From Squalus acanthias (Eukaryota), in assembly GCA_030390025.1 (NCBI GenBank), contig CM059432.1, positions 37,388,001-37,452,000 of the forward strand: a stretch of DNA of 64,000 bases, in the 5' to 3' direction. The notes below the pieces were generated by a model. That model worked only from the letters and a program-made list of their open reading frames with translations. It did not search any database and was not told where the DNA came from. The stretch's first letter is position 1; each line of letters starts with the position of its first letter. The position numbers and the translations under genes were made by a program. Shown here piece by piece: positions 12,797-24,839 of this stretch.

Positions 12797-15711
12797 AACC
12801 AGTTCTCTATCCAAGTCAATACCTTGCCCCCAATCCCATGTGCCTTAACTTTACATGCTAATCTCTTATGCGGGACCTTATCGAAAGCCTTTTGAAAGTC
12901 CAAATACACTACATCTACTGGTTCTCCCTGATCTATTTTCCCAGTTACATCCTCAAAAAATTCCAGTAGATCAGTCAAGCACGATTTACCTTTTGTAAAT
13001 CCATGTTGACTTTGTCCGATCCTGTCACTGTTTTTCAAGTGCTCAGCTATTACATCCTTTATAATGGACCCTAGCATTTTCCCCAATACTGATGGCAGGC
13101 TTACCAGTCTGTAATTCCCCGCTTTCTCTCTACCACCCTTTTTGAATAGTGGGGTAACATTAGCTACCCTCCAATCCATGGGTACACTTCCAGATTCCAT
13201 CGAATGTTGGAAGATGATCAGCAATGCATCTACTATTTCTAGGGCCACTTCCTTAAGTACCCTAGGATGTAGATTATCAGGCCCTGGGGATTTATCGGCC
13301 TTCAATCCCGTCAATTTCCCTAACACCATTTCCCTGCAAATACTGATTTCTTTCAGTTCCTCCCTTTCATCAGACCCTATGTTCTCCAACATCTCTGGGA
13401 GGTTATTTGTGTCCTCCTTTGTGAAGACAGAACCAAAATATGCATTTAATTGGTCTGCCATTTCTTTGTTCCCCATTATAACTTCCCCCGCTTCTGACTG
13501 CAAGGGACCTACACTTGATTTCACTAATCTTTTTCTCTTCACATATCTATAAAAGCTCTTACACTCAGTTTTTATGTTCCCAGCAAGCTTACTTTCATAT
13601 TCTATTTTCCCCTTCTTAATTAATCCCTTTGTCCTCCTTTGTTGAATCCTAAACTGCTCCCAATCCTCAGGGCTACCGCTTTTTCTGGCCAATTTATATG
13701 CCCTCTCCTTGAATCTTATGCTATCCCTAATTTCCCTTGTTAGCCACGGTTGAGTCACCCTTTTTGTTTTATTCTTATGACACACTGGGATGAACAAATT
13801 CTGTAGTTCATCCATGCAGTCTTTGAATGTTTGCCATTGCCTATCCACCGTCAACCCCTTGAGTGACATTCCCCAATCAATCCTACCCAATTCGCGCCTC
13901 ATACCATCGTAGTTTCCTTTATTTAAATTCAGGACCCTAGTCTCTGATTCAACTACTTCACTCTCCATCCTAATGAAAAATTCTATCATATTATGATCAC
14001 TCTGACCCAAGGGGCCTCGTACAACAAGATTGCTAATTAAGCCTTTCTCATTACATAATACCCAGTCTAAGATGGCCTGATCTCTGGTTGGTTCCTCGAC
14101 ATATTGTTCCAGAAAACCATCCCGTAAACATTCTAGGAATTCCTCCTCCACAGTATTTTTACTAATTTGGTTAGCCCAATCTATATTTAAATTAAAGTCA
14201 CCCATGATGACTGCTGTGCCCTTACTGCATGCTTCTCTAATTTCCCTTTTAATGCCGTCCCCAACCTCCGTATTACTGTTTGGAGGTCTATATACCACTC
14301 CCACTAACGTTTTCAGCCCTTGTTATTTCTCATTTCTACCCATACAGATTCCGCATCATCAGAGCTAATATCCTTCCTTTCAATTATGTTAATCCCCTCT
14401 TTAACCAGCAATGCTACCCCACCTCCCTTTCTTTTTTGCCTATCTTTCCTAAATATTGAATAACCCTGGATGTTGAGTTCCCAGCCTTGGCCACCCTGGA
14501 GCCATGTTTCTGTAATCCCAATTAAATCGTATTCATTTACCTCTATTTGCGCAGCTAATTCATCCACCTTGTTCCGAATGCTCCTTGCATTAAGACACAA
14601 AGCCTTCAGGCTTGTTTTTTTAACGCTCTCAGACCTATATGAATTATTATTTACTGTGACCATGTTTGATTTAGACCGTTGAGTTCTTTGCCTTCTACTT
14701 TTGTTTTTCTCCTTCCTGTCTAGCTTTTATCCTTGTTTCTCTTTCCTCTGTCTCCCTGATCAGGTTCCCAACCCCCTGCCACTTTAGTTTAAACCCTCCC
14801 CAACAGCACTAGCAAACACTCCCCCTAGGACATCGGTCCCTGCCCTGCCCAGGTGCAGACCGTCCTGTTTGTACTGGTCCCACCTCCCCCAGAACCGGTT
14901 CCAATGTCCAAGGAATTTGAATCCCCTCCCCTTGCACCATTCCTCTAGCCACGTATTCATTTGAAATATCCTCCTATTTCTACTCTGACTAGCACATGGC
15001 ACTGGTAGCAATCCTGAGATTACTACATTTGAGGTCCTATTTTTTAATTTACCTCCTAACTCCCTATATTCTGCTTTTAGGACCTCATCCCGTTTTTTAC
15101 CTATATCGTTGATGCCTATGTGCACCACGACAACTGGCTGTTCGCCCTCCCCCTCCAAAATGTTCTGTAGCCGCTCCGAGACGTCCTTGACCCTTGCACC
15201 AGGGAGGCAACACACCATCCTGGAGTCTCGTTTGCGGCCGCAGAAATGCCTATCTATTCCCCTTACAATTGAATCCCCTATCACTATAGCTCTTCCACAC
15301 TTTTTCCTCCCAGCCTGTGCAGCAGAGCCACCCATGGTGCCAGGAAGTTGGCTGCTGCCGCCTTCCCCTGATAAGTCATCCCCCCCAAAAGCATCCAAAG
15401 TGGTATATCTGTTTGAGAGGGGGATGGCCACAGGGGACCCCTGCACTACCTGCCTGCACCTCTTACTCTGCCTGGCGGTCACCCATTCACTTCCTGCCTG
15501 TATACCCTTTACCTGCGGTGTGACCAACTCACTAAACGTGTTATCCACGACGTTCTCAGCGTCGCGAATGCTCCAATATGCATCCATCCGCAGCTCCAGC
15601 GCCGCAATGCGGTCCGTCAGTAGCTGCAGCTGGATACATTTCCCACACACATGGTCGTCAGGGACACAGGAAGCATCCCTGATTTCCCACATATAGCAGG
15701 AGGAGCATATC
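12797..15711 (-). mobile_element. CR1 family B host copy, 5' part (ORF2 N-terminal half and ORF1)
   Basis: Resumes where 8764-9848 stops; ORF2 has a stop at 14313. Confidence 0.95.
14784..15711 (-). CDS. CR1 ORF1 (zinc finger/leucine zipper and SGNH esterase), 5'-truncated
   Basis: CxxC...CxxC, then GDS, GxND and DGLH blocks of an SGNH hydrolase. Confidence 0.9.
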
Positions 15712-16159
15712 ACAATGGTGTCACATTTGCCACTTTCCAATCCTCAGGCACCACCCCTGCATCTAGGGAAGATTGGAAAGTTATGGCAAGCCCTTCTGCT
15801 ATCTCCTCCCCGAATTCCCTTAGCAACCTGGGATGCAAGCCATCTGGACCAGGCGACTTATCCACTCCAAGCATACCCAGCCTTTCTCATATATCCTGTC
15901 TGTCAATTTTCACCCCTTCCATTGCTTTTGCCTTTTCCACTTCTACCGATATTTTGTCAGCATCCACCTCCTCAGTAAACATCGATACAAAGTACTCATT
16001 GAGTATTCTAGCCTTGCCCTGCGCCTCTAAGCATATATCACCTTCTTTGTCCCTAATAGGCCCCACCTCGTCTCTTACTACCAGCTTACTATTTACATGC
16101 CGGTAGAAGATTTTTGGGTTCCCTTTTACGTTAACCGCCATTCTACTCTCATATTCTCT
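15712..16159 (-). mobile_element. CR1 family A copy 1, 5' part
   Basis: Colinear with copy 2 from 18424; joins 8763 once the nested CR1-B is removed. Confidence 0.9.
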
Positions 16160-16171
16160 GTTAGAGTCATA

Positions 16172-17016
16172 GGCTGCGATTTTCTGCTACAAGGCGGCTT
16201 GGGAGTGGGTCAGATGCCTTCTGGGTTCAAGTCCCGTCCTCAACTACATCTGGCCCACAGACGTAATTTTAGGTCAATTGGCCTTGTTAAGCCCGCCCTC
16301 CGGGCTTGCCGGCCAATTAAGAGGAAGCTGGTGTCAGATTACATCATTTGATGACGCGTCATCTGCCGGTTTTCTTAAAGGGACCACGCGCAATTTTTTT
16401 TGACAGTTGATTTTTCAGTGTTTGACAGCATTGAGGTGCTGCAAACACTGACAATCACTGTACAAAGGTGAGCTCTTGCAACCAGGCTCTCCAGTGACTC
16501 CCTCCTTAGGCTAGAACAGATGGCAGCTGCAGGTGAGGTTACAGAAGCGATCTGTCACTGGTGAGAGAGGTTCTCCCAATGAGGTGGGACTACACATACA
16601 ATTCAAAACTTGTCACCTACAGAAAAGTGTAAATGCATTAAAAATGAATTTCCCAATCTTTTCTTACCTCTGAAACTCACCAGTGCACCATTGGATCCTT
16701 CACACCACTTCTACAGCTGTCATCAATGCATAAACATTATAGCGGACTCACAACATGCCACACCTTACCTGGCGTGGTGTCCGGACGTCGGGAAGCCTGC
16801 AGTAAAAGTGTCAAAATTGGAAAAAGCCTGTTAAGTGGCTATAATCCGCATCCCGCCGCTAGGTGTTGGGTCCCTGCGCAAATCAGGGACCCGACACTTG
16901 GGAAGATTGATTGGAGGCGGGTTGACAGCAGGTTTCTGACCCGCTGTCAAACTTTGCGATTTTGCCGGATATCCCGCCTCCAAACCCGCCCCCTGAGCGC
17001 CGGCAAAATTCCGGTC
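16172..17016. mobile_element. Probable non-autonomous DNA transposon (PIF/Harbinger-like MITE)
   Basis: Imperfect TIRs GGCTGCGATTTT / AAAATTCCGGTC with similar G-rich subterminals; ATA on both sides; no coding capacity. Confidence 0.5.
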
Positions 17017-18987
17017 ATAGAGTCATAAGGGCACAGAAGGAGGCCATTCAGCCCATCGAGTACATGCCGGCTCTCTGTAGAGCAATCCAGTCAGTCCCAT
17101 TCCCCTGCTCTATTCCCGTAACCCTGCAAGTTTATTTCCCTCAAGTGCCTATCCCGTCTCCCCTTGAAAACATTGAGTGTCTCTGCTTCCACCACTTCCG
17201 TCGGCAGCGAGTTTCAGGTCCTCACCACTCGCTGCGTAAAAAAGTTTTTCCTCACATCCCCCCTGTATCTCTTGCCCAAAACCTTAAATCGGTGTCCCCT
17301 AGTCCTTGAACCATCAACTAGTGGGAACAGCCTTTCCCCGTCTAGCCTATCCAAACCCATCATAATCTTGTATACCTCTATCAAATCACCCTTCAACCTC
17401 CTTTGCTCTAATGAAAACAAACCCAGCTTCTCCAACCTGTCCTTGTAGCTAAGATCCCTCATCCCCGGAACCATTCTGGTAAATCTCCCCTGCATCCTCT
17501 CAAGTGCCTTCACATCCTTTCGAAAGAGTGGTGACCAGAACTGGACGCAATACTCCAGTTGTGGCCTAACCAGCGCTTTATAAAGGTTCAGCATAACTTC
17601 TCTACTTTTGTACTCAATACCCCTATTTATGTAGCCCAAGATCCCATATGCTTTGCTAACCACTCTCTCAATATGTCCCGCCACCTTCAGGGACCTATGC
17701 ATATTAACTCCCAGGTCCCTCTGTCCCTGCACACTCTTTAAAACTGTGCCATTAAGTGTATATTGCCTCTCCCTGTTCCTTCTGCCAAAATGCATCACCT
17801 CACATTTCTCTGTATTAAATTCCGTCTGCCCATTCTGCTAGCCTTTCTATGTCCTGTTGCTATTCGATTGGTATCATCCTTATTGTTTGCCACACCCCCA
17901 AGTTTGGTGTCATCGGCAAATTTTGAAATTCTACTCTGTATCCCAATATCCAGGTCATTTATATACATCAAAAAAAGCAGTGGCCCCAGCATTGACCCTT
18001 GGGAAACATGACTGTCTACCATCTTTGAGTCTGAAAAACAGCCATTTACCACAACTCACTGTTTTCTGTCCTTAAGCCAATTCCTTATCCAAGCTGCCAC
18101 TGACCCACCTATTCCATGAGCCTCAATTTTGTTAACCAGCCTTCTATGTGGTACTTTGTCAAGTGCCTTCCAAAAATCCATGCAGACAACATCCATTGCA
18201 TTCCCTTCATCAATCCTCCCTGTTACTTCATAAAAAAATTCAATTAGATTAGTCAAACATGATCTGCCTTTTACAAATCTGTGTTGGCTATCCTTAATTA
18301 GCTTAAACCTCTCCAAGAGCCCGTTAATATTTTCCTTGATTATACTTTTGAAAACTGTACCCACCACTGATGTTTAACTGACTGGCCTGTAGTTACTAGG
18401 ATTGTCCTCACACCCTTTCTTGAACAATGGTGTCACATTTGCCACTTTCCAATCCTCAGGCACCTCACCTGCATCTGGGGAAGATTGGAAAATTATGGCA
18501 AGCCCTTCCGCTATCTCCTCCCCGAATTCCCTTGGCAACCTGGGATGCAAGCCATCTCGACCAGGTGACTTGTCCACTCTAAGCACACCCAGCCTTTCTA
18601 ATACATCTAGTCTATCAATTTTCACCCCTTCCATTGCTTCAAACTTTTCCACTTCTACCGATATTTTGCCAGCATCCACCTCCTAAGTAAACATCGATAC
18701 AAAGTATTCATTGAGTATTCTAGCCTTGCCCTGCGCCTCTAAGCATATATCACCTTCTTTGTCCCTAATAGGCCCCACCCCGGCTCTTACTACCAGCTTA
18801 CTATTTACATGCTGGTAGAGGATTTTTGGATTTCCCTTTTATGCTAACTGCCATTCTACTCTCATATTCTCTCTTTGCCAATCTTATTTTCATCTTCACT
18901 TCCCCTCAAAATTTATTATATTTGGTCTGGTTCTCCCTTGAAGAATTCACCTGACATGCATCATACACACTCTTTTTTTGTTTCATC
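17017..18987 (-). mobile_element. CR1 family A copy 2, 5'-truncated and frameshifted
   Basis: Tail at 17017; RT fragments in ORFs 17214-18679. Confidence 0.95.
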
Positions 18988-19032
18988 ATGACTTTGCTTT
19001 GCATTCCACTACAGTCCTCCGCTCTACCAGCT
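18988..19032 (-). pseudogene. Intron and partial 5' exon of the split tRNA-Tyr
   Basis: ATGACTTTGCTTTGCATTCCACTACAGTCCTCCGCTCTACCAGCT, followed by a deletion junction. Confidence 0.9.
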
Positions 19033-19442
19033 CCAATCGGCGTTGCCGAGCAGCAGCAGGACGCGAAGCCACGGCAGCGATGAAAGAAGCCGAGAAGAGC
19101 CCGAGACTGCGGCAGGGAAGCGATGTGACGGGAAAGTGGCGGCCGTCCCGAGCGTGAGGGAGCAGGCGAGAGCGCTGTCTGACTGATGGACGATTTCTTT
19201 TGCCTGAAAGTGAGTGCTGAGTGTTTAGAAGTGTTGCTGCTCAATGGCACTCCCTGCTGGTGAGCAGACACAAATGCTCAAGCAAAATAGCTGTGTGCTG
19301 GTGGACGCAGAGAGCATTAAAGTTTGAGACAAGAAAAAGAGGTGTCCTGTGCCTTAGTGGCAACATGATGCACTATAAAGTGAAGAGAGGAGCTTTGGGC
19401 GAAATGCTGCTTCCCAGCCGCTTACTCCAAAAGCACGCCAGC

Positions 19443-19535
19443 TCCTTCGAGCCGGAATTGAACCAGCGACCTAAGGATGACTTTGACTTTGCATTCCACT
19501 ACAGTCCTCCGCTCTACCAGCTGAGCTATCGAAGG
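19443..19535 (-). tRNA. tRNA-Tyr(GTA), 20-nt intron
   Basis: CCTTCGATAGCTCAGCTGGTAGAGCGGAGGACTGTAG-[intron]-ATCCTTAGGTCGCTGGTTCAATTCCGGCTCGAAGGA; TTTT downstream. Confidence 0.97.
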
Positions 19536-19647
19536 GAAGCGGCAAACGTGCCTCTGTTTGCCGCGCGCATTTTGACACATCTGGCCTGGCGGAGTCACGT
19601 GCGCGTCATCGGTACCTGCTGGTGCCGCAGCGTTGTGGGACTGTGAG

Positions 19648-19727
19648 CTGCCAGCTACTCTCCACAGCCTGGATAACGCTTCTGACTACGAATCAGAAGA
19701 TTGTAGCTTTGACTCCTATCTGGCTGG
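19648..19727 (+). pseudogene. tRNA-Arg(ACG) pseudogene (one per unit, 205 or 216 bp after each Tyr start coordinate)
   Basis: TGGATAACGCTTCTGACTACGAATCAGAAGATTGTAGCTTTGACTCCTATCTGGCTGG resembles the vertebrate Arg-ACG 3' three-quarters; 5' arm scrambled; T7 follows. Confidence 0.8.
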
Positions 19728-19816
19728 GAGTTTTTTTGCAAACAGCGCGTTATAAATTTAAACACCTTGCAAGATGCCCTACATGGTAGTGCTGCCTGGC
19801 CGCTTGCATGGCAAGT

Positions 19817-19889
19817 GCCTTCTCAGCGCAGCAGGCAGCGCGTCAGTCTCCTAATCCGAAGATCCTGAGTTGAATCTTCAGAGAAGGCG
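19817..19889 (+). pseudogene. tRNA-Met-derived pseudogene, CCT anticodon
   Basis: As 6439, with an additional anticodon-stem mismatch. Confidence 0.85.
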
Positions 19890-20068
19890 TCAGTGCTGGA
19901 AAAGTTGTTTCTTTGGCTTCTCTCACCTTTGCTGGATGTGAAAATCAAGAAATCTTGCTGACGACATGGCAGAAAAAGATTTGCTGTCCTTTGGCGCGTC
20001 TGACAGGGGTTCAGTGACACTTGAGAGCCCGTTTCTTTCGGAAGAAATGCTCTAAGCCAAAAGGGCAG

Positions 20069-20141
20069 TGGAGAATGGGGGCATCGATCCCGCTACCTCT
20101 CACATGCTAAGCGAGCGCTCTACCATTTGAGCTAATTCCCC
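20069..20141 (-). tRNA. tRNA-Ala(AGC), T-stem mismatch variant
   Basis: Array copy, G64C. Confidence 0.85.
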
Positions 20142-20684
20142 GGTCGCTTCTTGCGAGATACCTTAGTTTGCTTCTCAGTAGCCTCTTCGCACTCGCCTCC
20201 AAGCTGCTCCACGACCGGCAGAGAAATCCTGCTTGAGGATTGGCCCACTCCTTGACTTCATTAAATACTTTGCTCCAATAGGCGTTGCCGAGCAGCAGCA
20301 GGACGCGAAGCCACGGCAGCGATGAAAGAAGCCGAGAAGAGCCCGAGACTGCGGCAGGGAAGCGAGGTGACGGGAAAGTGGCGGCCGTCCCGAGCGTGAG
20401 GGAGCAGGCGAGAGCGCTGTCTGACTGATGGACGATTTCTTTTGCCTGAAAGTGAGTGCTGAGTGTTTAGAAGTGTTGCTGCTCAATGGTACTCCCTGCT
20501 GGTGAGCAGACACAAATGCTCAAGCAAAACAGCTGTGTGCTGGTGGACGCAGAGAGCATTAAAGTTTGAGACAAGAAAAAGAGGTGTCCTGTGCGTTAGT
20601 GGCAACATGATGCACTATAAAGTGAAGAGAGGAGCTTTGGGCGAAATGCTGCTTACCAGCCGCTTACTCCAAAAGCACGCCAGC

Positions 20685-20777
20685 TCCTTCGAGCCGGAAT
20701 TGAACCAGCGACCTAAGGATGACTTTGACTTGGTATTCCACTACAGTCCTCCGCTCTACCAGCTGAGCTATCGAAGG
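20685..20777 (-). tRNA. tRNA-Tyr(GTA), intron
   Basis: Array copy. Confidence 0.97.
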
Positions 20778-20900
20778 GAAGCGGCAAATGTGCCTCTGTT
20801 TGCCGATTGTTTGCCGTGCGCATTTTGACACTTCTGGCCTGGCGGAGTCACGTGCGCGTCATCGGTACCTGCTGGTGCCGCAGCGTTGTGGGACTGTGAG

Positions 20901-20980
20901 CTGCCAGCTACTCTCCACAGCCTGGATAACGCTTCTGACGACGAATCAGAAGATTGTAGCTTTGACTCCTATCTGGCTGG
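20901..20980 (+). pseudogene. tRNA-Arg(ACG) pseudogene
   Basis: Array copy, T33G. Confidence 0.75.
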
Positions 20981-21069
20981 GAGTTTTTTTGCAAACAGCG
21001 CGTTATAAATTTAAACACCTTGCAAGATGCCCTACATGGTAGTGCTGCCTGGCCGCTTGCATGGCAGGT

Positions 21070-21142
21070 GCCTTCTCAGCGCAGCAGGCAGCGCGTCAGT
21101 CTCCTAATCCGAAGATCCTGAGTTGAATCTTCAGAGAAGGCG
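21070..21142 (+). pseudogene. tRNA-Met-derived pseudogene, CCT anticodon
   Basis: Array copy. Confidence 0.85.
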
Positions 21143-21321
21143 TCAGTGCTGGAAAAGTTGTTTCTTTGGCTTCTCTCACCTTTGCTGGATGTGAAAATCA
21201 AGAAATCTTGCTGACGACATGGCAGAAAAAGATTTGCTGTCCTTTGGCGCGTCTGACAGGGGTTCAGTGACATGTGAGAGCCCGTTTCTTTCGGAAGAAA
21301 TGCTCTAAGCCAAAAGGGCAG

Positions 21322-21394
21322 TGGAGAATGCGGGCATCGATCCCGCTACCTCTCACATGCTAAGCGAGCACTCTACCATTTGAGCTAATTCCCC
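21322..21394 (-). tRNA. tRNA-Ala(AGC)
   Basis: Array copy, C25T. Confidence 0.9.
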
Positions 21395-21701
21395 GGTCGC
21401 TTCTTGTGAGATACCTTAGTTTGCTTCTCAGTAGCCTCTTCGCACTCGCCTCCAAGCTGCGCCACGACCGGCAGAGAAATCCTGCTTGAGGATTGGCCCA
21501 CTCCTTGACTTCATTAAATACTTTGCTCCAATCGGCGTTGCCGAGCAGCAGCAGGACGCGAAGCCACGGCAGCGATGAAAGAAGCCGAGAAGAGCCCGAG
21601 ACTGCGGCAGGGAAGCGAGGTGACGGGAAAGTGGCGGCCGTCCCGAGCGTGAGGGAGCAGGCCAGAGCGCTGTCTGACTGATAGACGATTTCTTTTGCCT
21701 G

Positions 21702-22452
21702 CAATGTGATCTCAATGGTGTAACTATAAAGGGAGTGCAGGAACAGAGGGACCTAGGCATGTATGTACACTAATCTTTGAATGCGGCCGGACAATTTGAG
21801 CAGTATGTTAATAAAGCATACGGGATCATTCGCTTTATTAATAAGCAGTAGAGTACAAAAGCAATGAACTTATGCGAAAACATTATAAAGCACTGATTAG
21901 GCTTCAGCTGGAGCATTGTGTCCAATTCTGGACACCACACTTTAGGAAAATGTCAAGGGCTTGGAGCGTGTGCAGAAGAGATTTACTAGAATGGTACCAG
22001 AGACAAGGGACTTCAGTTATGTGGAGAGACTGGAGAAGCTGGGGTTGTTCTGATTAGAGCAGAGAAGGTTAAGAGGAGATTTGATAGAGGTGTTCTAAAG
22101 ACTACATAGATTTAATAGAGTAATTAAGGAGCAACTGTTTCCAGTGGCAGTGGGGTCGGTAACCAGATGACACAGATTTAATGTGATTGGCAAAAGAACC
22201 CGAGACAACATGAGGAAGCTTTTGTTTTACACAGCGAGTTGTTGTGATCTGGAATGCGCTGCCTGAAAGGGCGGTGGAAGCAGATTCAATAGTAACTTTC
22301 AAGGGGGATTTGGTAAAAATACTTGAGATAAAATAAAATACTGTGGAAAGAGCAGAGGAGTGGAATTAATTGGACAGCTCTACCAAAGAGCCGGCACAGA
22401 TACGGTGGGCCGAATGGCCTCCTTCTGTGCTGTATCATTCCATGATTCTATA
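21702..22452 (+). mobile_element. Degraded CR1 3' fragment
   Basis: LEHCVQFWTPH motif, many stops and frameshifts, CATGATTCTA tail. Confidence 0.85.
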
Positions 22453-22629
22453 ATCACCGATACCTTAGAAAATAAGAAACTGAACGTGGCAGAAGAGAAA
22501 AGGGCTCTCGGGATAAAGGTGAACAAATAATTAAAAGCAGTATCACTGGACAGCAAAGCAATTAAAATTTTAACAATGAATTGGGGTTTATTTCTAAGGC
22601 AATAGAATTCAAAAGAAGTCAACACACTT

Positions 22630-24603
22630 GTCCGTCATTCAAAACAAGTCTTCAAAGGGTTAAACAGCTTTTAGCTCTCTGTACAAAAGAGTGGGTGGAG
22701 CTAAAACATAAATGACAGACACTTTTTTAAAGACAGACTTTCAGACAAAAGAAATACTGCAACTCCTTAAACATTCACAGTGAGGAAAACTTTCACTCAA
22801 ACTTAGATCCCAGCATTCCTTTTAAGATTCCTTTACCCTCGATTCTAATTTCTTAATGTTGTGCTTGTCTTCGTTCCACTTTTTAGTGGAAGCGGCTACT
22901 TGTCCCATTAGTCCAGCTAATTGATGTACTAATAATACCCCTGCCTTTTTTGTCTTGTCTTTCTTTTCCCCATCTACCCACTTTCTCTGTTGTTCTAAGC
23001 TCTGGGAAACATCCCAGCCATCCTTTTGCATCTTCTTAATCAACGAGTGTCTGTCTTTCATATATTTATCAATAAGGGAACGCGCAGGTTGCCACTTAGT
23101 TTCCCCATCTGTCAGGCTTTTAATCCCCCTCGTTGGGGTTTCTGTTTATACTCACGGCCACGATTACCGTCTCAGCAACGTGTTTCCTCCACCGGAGTCC
23201 GGCTCTAGGTCAGGGTGATCAGCTCCTTACCGCACCGCTTAAAACTACAGACAGTACACACTCGCGAATTCTTATACTTTATGTACCTCTGCGTTTGTTT
23301 GCCACTACAGAGTTTGATGCCGAATGGTCCTTACTACTTGTGCTTCACCATCCTAAGTGCCTTGGTGCCTCTACGCCCACTTTATGGTCCTGACCATCGC
23401 GTGGGGGATTTCCCCTCTTAACAACTGGTCTAAGGCTGCGCGTTTGAGACAGGCACTTCCTTGTCCTTAGTCGATCAGCACAAGCAATCAATTCCCGTTT
23501 CTATCCGATAGTCCCATAAATTCCCCTAATTTTTACCCGTTTTTAACTGCATTGTTGGCTCAGTCTGACTTCCACAGTTCAATAGTCTCTACTCCAGTTC
23601 GCCGATCGAGGCCAACCGATCAACTCACCAGCAGTGAGACCCTGCTCGCAGCGCCAATTTGTTGTGGGAAATCACCACTCGGAGTCAGACTTAAAGATTC
23701 AACATGCAGTTTATTGAACAAAGCTTTGGGAGAAGTGCTTGGCACTCCGCAGTGCACGCAGTCACCTTCTCAATTTTAAAATGGCTGTTGTGCTTCTTTT
23801 TATACATTCCACAAGCACAGCAGTCTTGGTTAGTTACACTTTAGCCAATTATTCCCCCCTAGCAACAATGACCTCCAATTACATTCCTTTAAGAACAACC
23901 GTTATCTGGACCTTGGTGGTCTGGCTTTTGTCTATTCTGTAGTTTCAGTAAATGACAGGATGTAGCTCAAGGTTAGTTAGCACATTTTAATGTCTTTTCA
24001 CAGAGTCCCTTTGTTTCACAGAGTCCCTTTTATTCCACAGACTCCATTTTATTCCACAGAGTCCATTTTGTTTCAGGTAACCATCTCACTTTTACTCCAA
24101 CAGGCTGGGTGGAATTTGTATAATTGTCTCCTCAACTGGTTTCGGGATCACTCGAAACTGGCCCAACCACCCGTTAATGTTTTTCCCATTGTTGAGCTGG
24201 GTGGAATTTGTATAATGATGTGTCTGGATGGGCCCCGACCGTCCGGTGCAACGACTCCTCACCGTGCATTTAAAACAAGTCAAGCACTTAGTTTATTGTT
24301 CTGTCCAAAACGCAAATGGGTTGCATCCTGCCTTCCCAATCTGTACTGTGCATGATCTCATTATAAATGTATTTTCAGCGCCTTCTTGTCTGAGCCACTA
24401 CGACTTGGTTTTCGCGGGTTTTTTTATTACTGCAGTGTCTGAGTGCTCACCATGTTCTGGAAAGCCTGTCACGATGCTCGGCGGCCATTTTACAAGGCTG
24501 CTATACCTTTTTTTTGAAGTAGCAGCCTTTCGTTCAATAAAATGTTCAATTAAACTTGCTTCTCTCCTTATTATTAAAATCGTGATAATTGCAAAAATCT
24601 ACA
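22630..24603 (-). mobile_element. Truncated LTR element: 5' LTR (23660-24603), tRNA-Ser PBS, leader and gag-like remnant
   Basis: TGTAGA...CA termini; minus-strand TATAAAA near 23800 and AATAAA at 23710-23715; LTR start homologous to the LTRs ending at 55743 and 63395; left boundary approximate. Confidence 0.8.
23639..23656 (-). promoter_or_regulatory. Primer-binding site, tRNA-Ser type
   Basis: TGGCGCTGCGAGCAGGGT 3 nt from the LTR end; resembles the complement of Ser-TGA/CGA 3' ends. Confidence 0.75.
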
Positions 24604-24839
24604 CCCTTTTACCAAATATGGTTTCAAGGTGAGGCTGGACGGGTCAAACCGTGACATCACAGAGCAAGCCTCACCCTCACACTGCGCATCACAATGAGAT
24701 GAGACATCACAATAGCTTTATACACTTGATAAAAATTTGATGCAAGAGGCGATACAATCAGTTTACATGAAGGAAAGGCAGCAGCATTGAGTGAACATCT
24801 GAACAGCTTTGCTTTGTGAAGAGAGCACGAACAATGAAA

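Larger units (their letters stand above)
18988..21701. repeat. tRNA tandem array, second block (about 2 units)
   Basis: 1242/1253-bp periodicity. Confidence 0.97.
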
